A DNA stretch of 64,000 nucleotides, taken from contig CANQEL010000003.1 of NCBI GenBank assembly GCA_947594855.1, forward strand, positions 39,120-103,119. Reading direction: 5' to 3'. This DNA comes from an uncultured Lachnospiraceae bacterium (GTDB lineage: Bacteria > Bacillota > Clostridia > Lachnospirales > Lachnospiraceae). The position numbers and the translations under genes were made by a program. The notes beneath the pieces were generated by a model. The model did no database searches, was not told where the DNA came from, and worked only from the letters and a program-made list of their open reading frames with translations. This document shows positions 61,280 to 64,000 of this stretch, piece by piece. Position 1 is the first letter of the stretch. The number at the start of each line of letters is the position of its first letter.

Positions 61280-61427
61280 TCACATTACCCCTTTATACAG
61301 TATATTTATTTAATATTATCAAGGCACCCCTTATGTTTGTCAAGAATATAAAACCATATTATTATGTAACTTTTTACAATAAAAGACATAAATTGATATA
61401 AAACATTATTGCAAGAAGGAGTTTTTT

Positions 61428-61643
61428 ATGGAGTGCAACAAACTTAACGACAAGTTCAGTTATGACCGTCTTGAAGGCATGCCGCTTGGAAGCGCATATG
61501 TCCCCTGGCAGCAGTTCTGCCAGGTTATGGATGCCGGCAAAGGGCTGAGCTACGGCACAATATTTGCCGAACTGGTTTTACCTTTCTATGGCGCCGCCGC
61601 TGCCTGCAGTGATAAAAGGAGGGGTTCATGTGAACAATGCTAA
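61428..61643 (+). CDS. cotJA: spore coat-associated protein CotJA
   Basis: MPLGSAYVPWQQF....GL..GTIF.EL..PF is the characteristic CotJA pattern. Confidence 0.85.
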   Translation: MECNKLNDKFSYDRLEGMPLGSAYVPWQQFCQVMDAGKGLSYGTIFAELVLPFYGAAAACSDKRRGSCEQC

Positions 61644-61881
61644 AAAGAATCTTATGCAGTTTATTAATGAAGTAAGCTTTGCGCTTGATGACGTTTCCCT
61701 GTATCTGGATACACATCCTGATGACAAGGAAGCACTTGATTATTACCAGCAATATCGTATTCAGAGACAACAGTCAATAAAAGAGTATGAAAAATGTTAT
61801 GGCCCGATTACACGTTATGGCGTAGAATCAGACCACAAGTGGACATGGACAGAGGAACCATGGCCATGGGAAGGAGTGTGA
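61630..61881 (+). CDS. cotJB: spore coat protein CotJB
   Basis: GTG start 6 nt after AAAGGAGGGG. LMQFINEVSFALDDVSLYLDTHPDDKEALDYY is the characteristic CotJB pattern. Confidence 0.85.
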   Translation: MNNAKKNLMQFINEVSFALDDVSLYLDTHPDDKEALDYYQQYRIQRQQSIKEYEKCYGPITRYGVESDHKWTWTEEPWPWEGV

Positions 61882-61885
61882 TTGT

Positions 61886-62078
61886 ATGTGGACTTATGAA
61901 AGAAGGCTTCAATATCCGGTTAAAATTACAAGATGCAATCCAAAAATAGCACAGGTAATCATAAGCCAGTACGGAGGACCTGATGGTGAAATGAGCGCCT
62001 CCATGCGTTATCTTTCACAGAGATATTCCATGACTGACAAATCTGTAGCAGGATTACTTACGGATATAGGTACAGAAG
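61886..62078 (+). pseudogene. cotJC: cotJC (manganese-catalase-family spore coat protein), 5' segment only (codons 1-64), interrupted by inserted DNA
   Basis: MWTYERRLQYPVKITRCNPKIAQVIISQYGGPDGEMSASMRYLSQRYSMTDKSVAGLLTDIGTE parallels B. subtilis CotJC up to ...LLTDIGTE. The expected E-F/L-A-H-L-E-M continuation is absent; the frame runs into unrelated sequence and stops at 62191. Confidence 0.8.
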
Positions 62079-62092
62079 CACCGCAAATGTTC

Positions 62093-63499
62093 CTAAGTAT
62101 CTTCTTTACATGCAGTATATGTCCATTTTGCCGAACAGTTTTTCAGATACACATCAATACTGTCATTATCATTTACTACAATTCTGTCTAATATATATCT
62201 GTAAAATTCATCTTCATATTCCACTCCGCAAACAATCTCATCAACAGCATCAGCAATACTTTGCAGACTTTTTATATCTAAAATAACGGCAGATTTTATA
62301 ACCGTAATAAGATTATTCCTTATTTTTACCAGTTCATTTCCTAAACTTTTTACAACAAGGCACATAATATGTACTATATCTTCATTACGTATGCTCCTGC
62401 CCAAGCAGCCTTCCCGGTTCCCATACCGGTCAGTATGTGGGCTGCCATACTGAACAGCATTATTACAACGCCATGCCTTATATGTACTTCCATCTTTACG
62501 TTTCTTATACCGCGCCACATAACTTGAACCACAGCAGCCGCATTTGATTTTTCCGGAAAATGTATAGCGGTTACTGTATTTTGCCCGGCCTCTTTTAGAT
62601 GTGGAACGTTCATCCAGAATACGGTTTGCTTCTTCAAACATTTCACGCGAAATAATAGGCTCATGATGTTCCTTTATAACAATAAATTCTTCCTGTCCCT
62701 TATTATATTTTTTTTCATGCGATAAAAAATCCGGCGTGTAAGTCTTTTTCTGTACCAAATCCCCGCAATATTTCTCGTTTCTTATAATTCTTAAAATAAC
62801 AGTATTATGCCATTTGTTTACTCTCGCAGGCCGTATGCCTTCCTCCTGAAGCTCCCGCGCAATCACATGCGTACCTTTTCTTTCATTAACAAATTTCTGA
62901 AAAATGCGCCGCACAACTGCAGCGCCTTCTTCATTAATATACATTTTACCGCCACGCACATCATAGCCAAGCATACTTCTCCCAAATACCACCCCCTGTT
63001 CCATCTGACGTCTCTGTCCCCACTTTACACGTTCAGAAGTCTTACGGCTTTCTTCCTGGGCAATCGAAGACATTATTGCCAGACGAAGCTCCGCATCACT
63101 ATCCATGGTATTAATATTGTCATTCATGAACACAACAGCCACTCCGTATTTTTTTAAAATACGCGTATAATATATGCTGTCAAGGGTATTTCTTGCAAAA
63201 CGTGATATTTCCTTAGTAATAATCAAATCAAACTCACCATTCACGGCACACTCTATCATATGGTTAAACTCTTTACGTTTCTTCGTATTGGTTCCCGATA
63301 TTCCTTCATCTGCAAATATCCTGTATAATTCCCAGCCATTATTACCCTCTATATATTTTCTGAAAAATCTGCATTGACTTTCAAAAGAGTTTGCCTGGTC
63401 CCTGCTGTCCGTTGAAACGCGGCAGTATGCGGCTACTCTTTTTTTTACTTCAGAATTTCTTTTCTTCTGATTTAAGAGTTCATATTTATTCATTTCCAT
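62093..63499 (-). CDS. large serine recombinase (resolvase/invertase N-terminal domain + recombinase domain + zinc-ribbon region)
   Basis: 468 aa. Catalytic region AAYCRVSTDSRDQ...SQ, then EISRFARN. C-terminal Cys cluster CGCCGSSY...WRC. Confidence 0.9.
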   Translation of the reverse strand: MEMNKYELLNQKKRNSEVKKRVAAYCRVSTDSRDQANSFESQCRFFRKYIEGNNGWELYRIFADEGISGTNTKKRKEFNHMIECAVNGEFDLIITKEISRFARNTLDSIYYTRILKKYGVAVVFMNDNINTMDSDAELRLAIMSSIAQEESRKTSERVKWGQRRQMEQGVVFGRSMLGYDVRGGKMYINEEGAAVVRRIFQKFVNERKGTHVIARELQEEGIRPARVNKWHNTVILRIIRNEKYCGDLVQKKTYTPDFLSHEKKYNKGQEEFIVIKEHHEPIISREMFEEANRILDERSTSKRGRAKYSNRYTFSGKIKCGCCGSSYVARYKKRKDGSTYKAWRCNNAVQYGSPHTDRYGNREGCLGRSIRNEDIVHIMCLVVKSLGNELVKIRNNLITVIKSAVILDIKSLQSIADAVDEIVCGVEYEDEFYRYILDRIVVNDNDSIDVYLKNCSAKWTYTACKEDT

Positions 63500-63692
63500 T
63501 ATTCCCCAAATTATTTTTATTATGTAAAAACAGTTTGTCCATGCAACATTCTCTTTGAAATGTTGTCAATAGTTTTCTTTTTTCCAATGACATAAGTATT
63601 GCTGCCTGGATATCGGTTACCAGTTCCTTACATTCCAATACATTTAATTCTGCGGCAGGACCGCCGGTATATACAAATTCGCGATACTTCAT
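63486..63692 (-). CDS. small hypothetical protein overlapping the recombinase start (candidate accessory or directionality factor)
   Basis: 68 aa from the MKYREFVY start (75 aa from the upstream ATG). 14-nt overlap with the recombinase ATG. I recognise no family. Confidence 0.45.
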   Translation of the reverse strand: MKYREFVYTGGPAAELNVLECKELVTDIQAAILMSLEKRKLLTTFQRECCMDKLFLHNKNNLGNNGNE

Positions 63693-63787
63693 CCCTGTTT
63701 TTCCTCTTTTCATACCATCAATATATGATACAGGGATTGTCCTATATGCCGTATCAGAATCATATTCTGGTACCTGGTAATTTTTAC

Positions 63788-63828
63788 AAAAAAAGAAGTC
63801 CCAAATTGTTTTAATAATTTAGGACTTC
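63788..63828 (-). terminator. rho-independent terminator after the LRR-protein gene
   Basis: GAAGTCCNAAATT/AATTTNGGACTTC 13-bp stem followed on the minus strand by TTTTTTTG. Confidence 0.6.
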
Positions 63829-63850
63829 CGTTATCAATTACTTTATTTTA

Positions 63851-64000
63851 TTATTTTATTACTACTCCGGAACTTACTCCCGCTTTCTTTAACAGTTTCT
63901 GATACACAGCAGTTTTCTTTTTAGGCACTTTTATCTTAGCTTTATCATTTATACCATAGAAAGCTTTGCTTCCTATACCTTTTTTAGTAATTTTAGTTGA
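63851..64000 (-). CDS. C-terminal 49 codons of a BspA-type LRR protein (5' end outside the window)
   Basis: The minus-strand frame is open from the window edge: STKITKKGIGSKAFYGINDKAKIKVPKKKTAVYQKLLKKAGVSSGVVIK*. It is paralogous to the tail of the 59366-61279 protein. Confidence 0.6.
   Translation of the reverse strand, partial: STKITKKGIGSKAFYGINDKAKIKVPKKKTAVYQKLLKKAGVSSGVVIK

Larger units (their letters stand above)
62079..64000. mobile_element. one end of an integrated element (prophage, ICE or skin-like intervening element) inserted in cotJC; it continues beyond the window
   Basis: cotJC homology breaks at 62078/62079. A large serine recombinase gene ends 15 nt inside the break. The other end is not visible. 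Confidence 0.65.

Noticed and set aside
61355-61380. Possible sigmaE-type promoter for cotJA (CATATT … TACAAT).
   Set aside because: The spacer is about 2 nt shorter than the sigmaE consensus as I remember it, and the -10 matches only partly. This is not strong enough to call.
62070-62109. Imperfect inverted repeat GTACAGAAG / CTTCTTTAC (8 of 9) bracketing the cotJC junction, as a possible att-site dyad.
   Set aside because: Its symmetry centre (~62089) is about 10 nt away from the junction inferred from CotJC homology (62078/62079). A 9-nt imperfect repeat in AT-rich DNA can arise by chance. It was not used as evidence.

Overview
This window is a low-GC Firmicutes (Clostridia-like) chromosomal segment from an organism that looks spore-forming and xylan-degrading. 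Most of it is ordinary, densely packed housekeeping DNA. In order: pstSCAB-phoU with a PhoP/PhoR-type two-component pair; two tRNAs (Met-CAT, Val-TAC); ytvI-like/rdgB/THUMP methyltransferase genes; pfkA-dnaX-ybaB; a fucose-isomerase-family gene plus xylB; the origin-proximal block DUF951-rpsF-ssb-rpsR-gdpP-rplI-dnaB; a UvrD-like helicase, gltX and a GH10 xylanase; ferritin; hrcA(CIRCE)-grpE-dnaK-dnaJ followed directly by a flavodiiron protein and a Nudix gene; secDF; metY-rrf2-nifS-nifU-mnmA; a reverse rubrerythrin; and cotJA-cotJB-cotJC. Accessory or unusual parts: (1) At 62078/62079 the spore-coat gene cotJC is cut after codon 64. The inserted DNA carries a 468-aa large serine recombinase whose stop codon lies about 15 nt from the junction. 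This looks like one end of a skin/SPbeta-style intervening element in a mother-cell gene and is the most interesting signal; the element continues past the window end. (2) A BlaI / sensor-less M56 (BlaR1-like) pair is translationally coupled to a small secreted Cys/Trp-rich peptide gene. (3) A decayed toxin-antitoxin islet at 1-3.6 kb holds an intact Phd-Doc pair and an orphan YefM antitoxin. The YefM gene keeps its promoter and TGTACA operators, but its YoeB toxin is reduced to a 64-nt internally deleted remnant, and a truncated nucleoside phosphorylase fragment sits next to it. (4) A 12-nt tandem repeat encodes a Ser/Arg/Asp/Asn peptide where recR normally follows dnaX-ybaB. No CRISPR array, rRNA or transposase was seen. 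All function calls come from reading motifs in the supplied translations; no database search was run.
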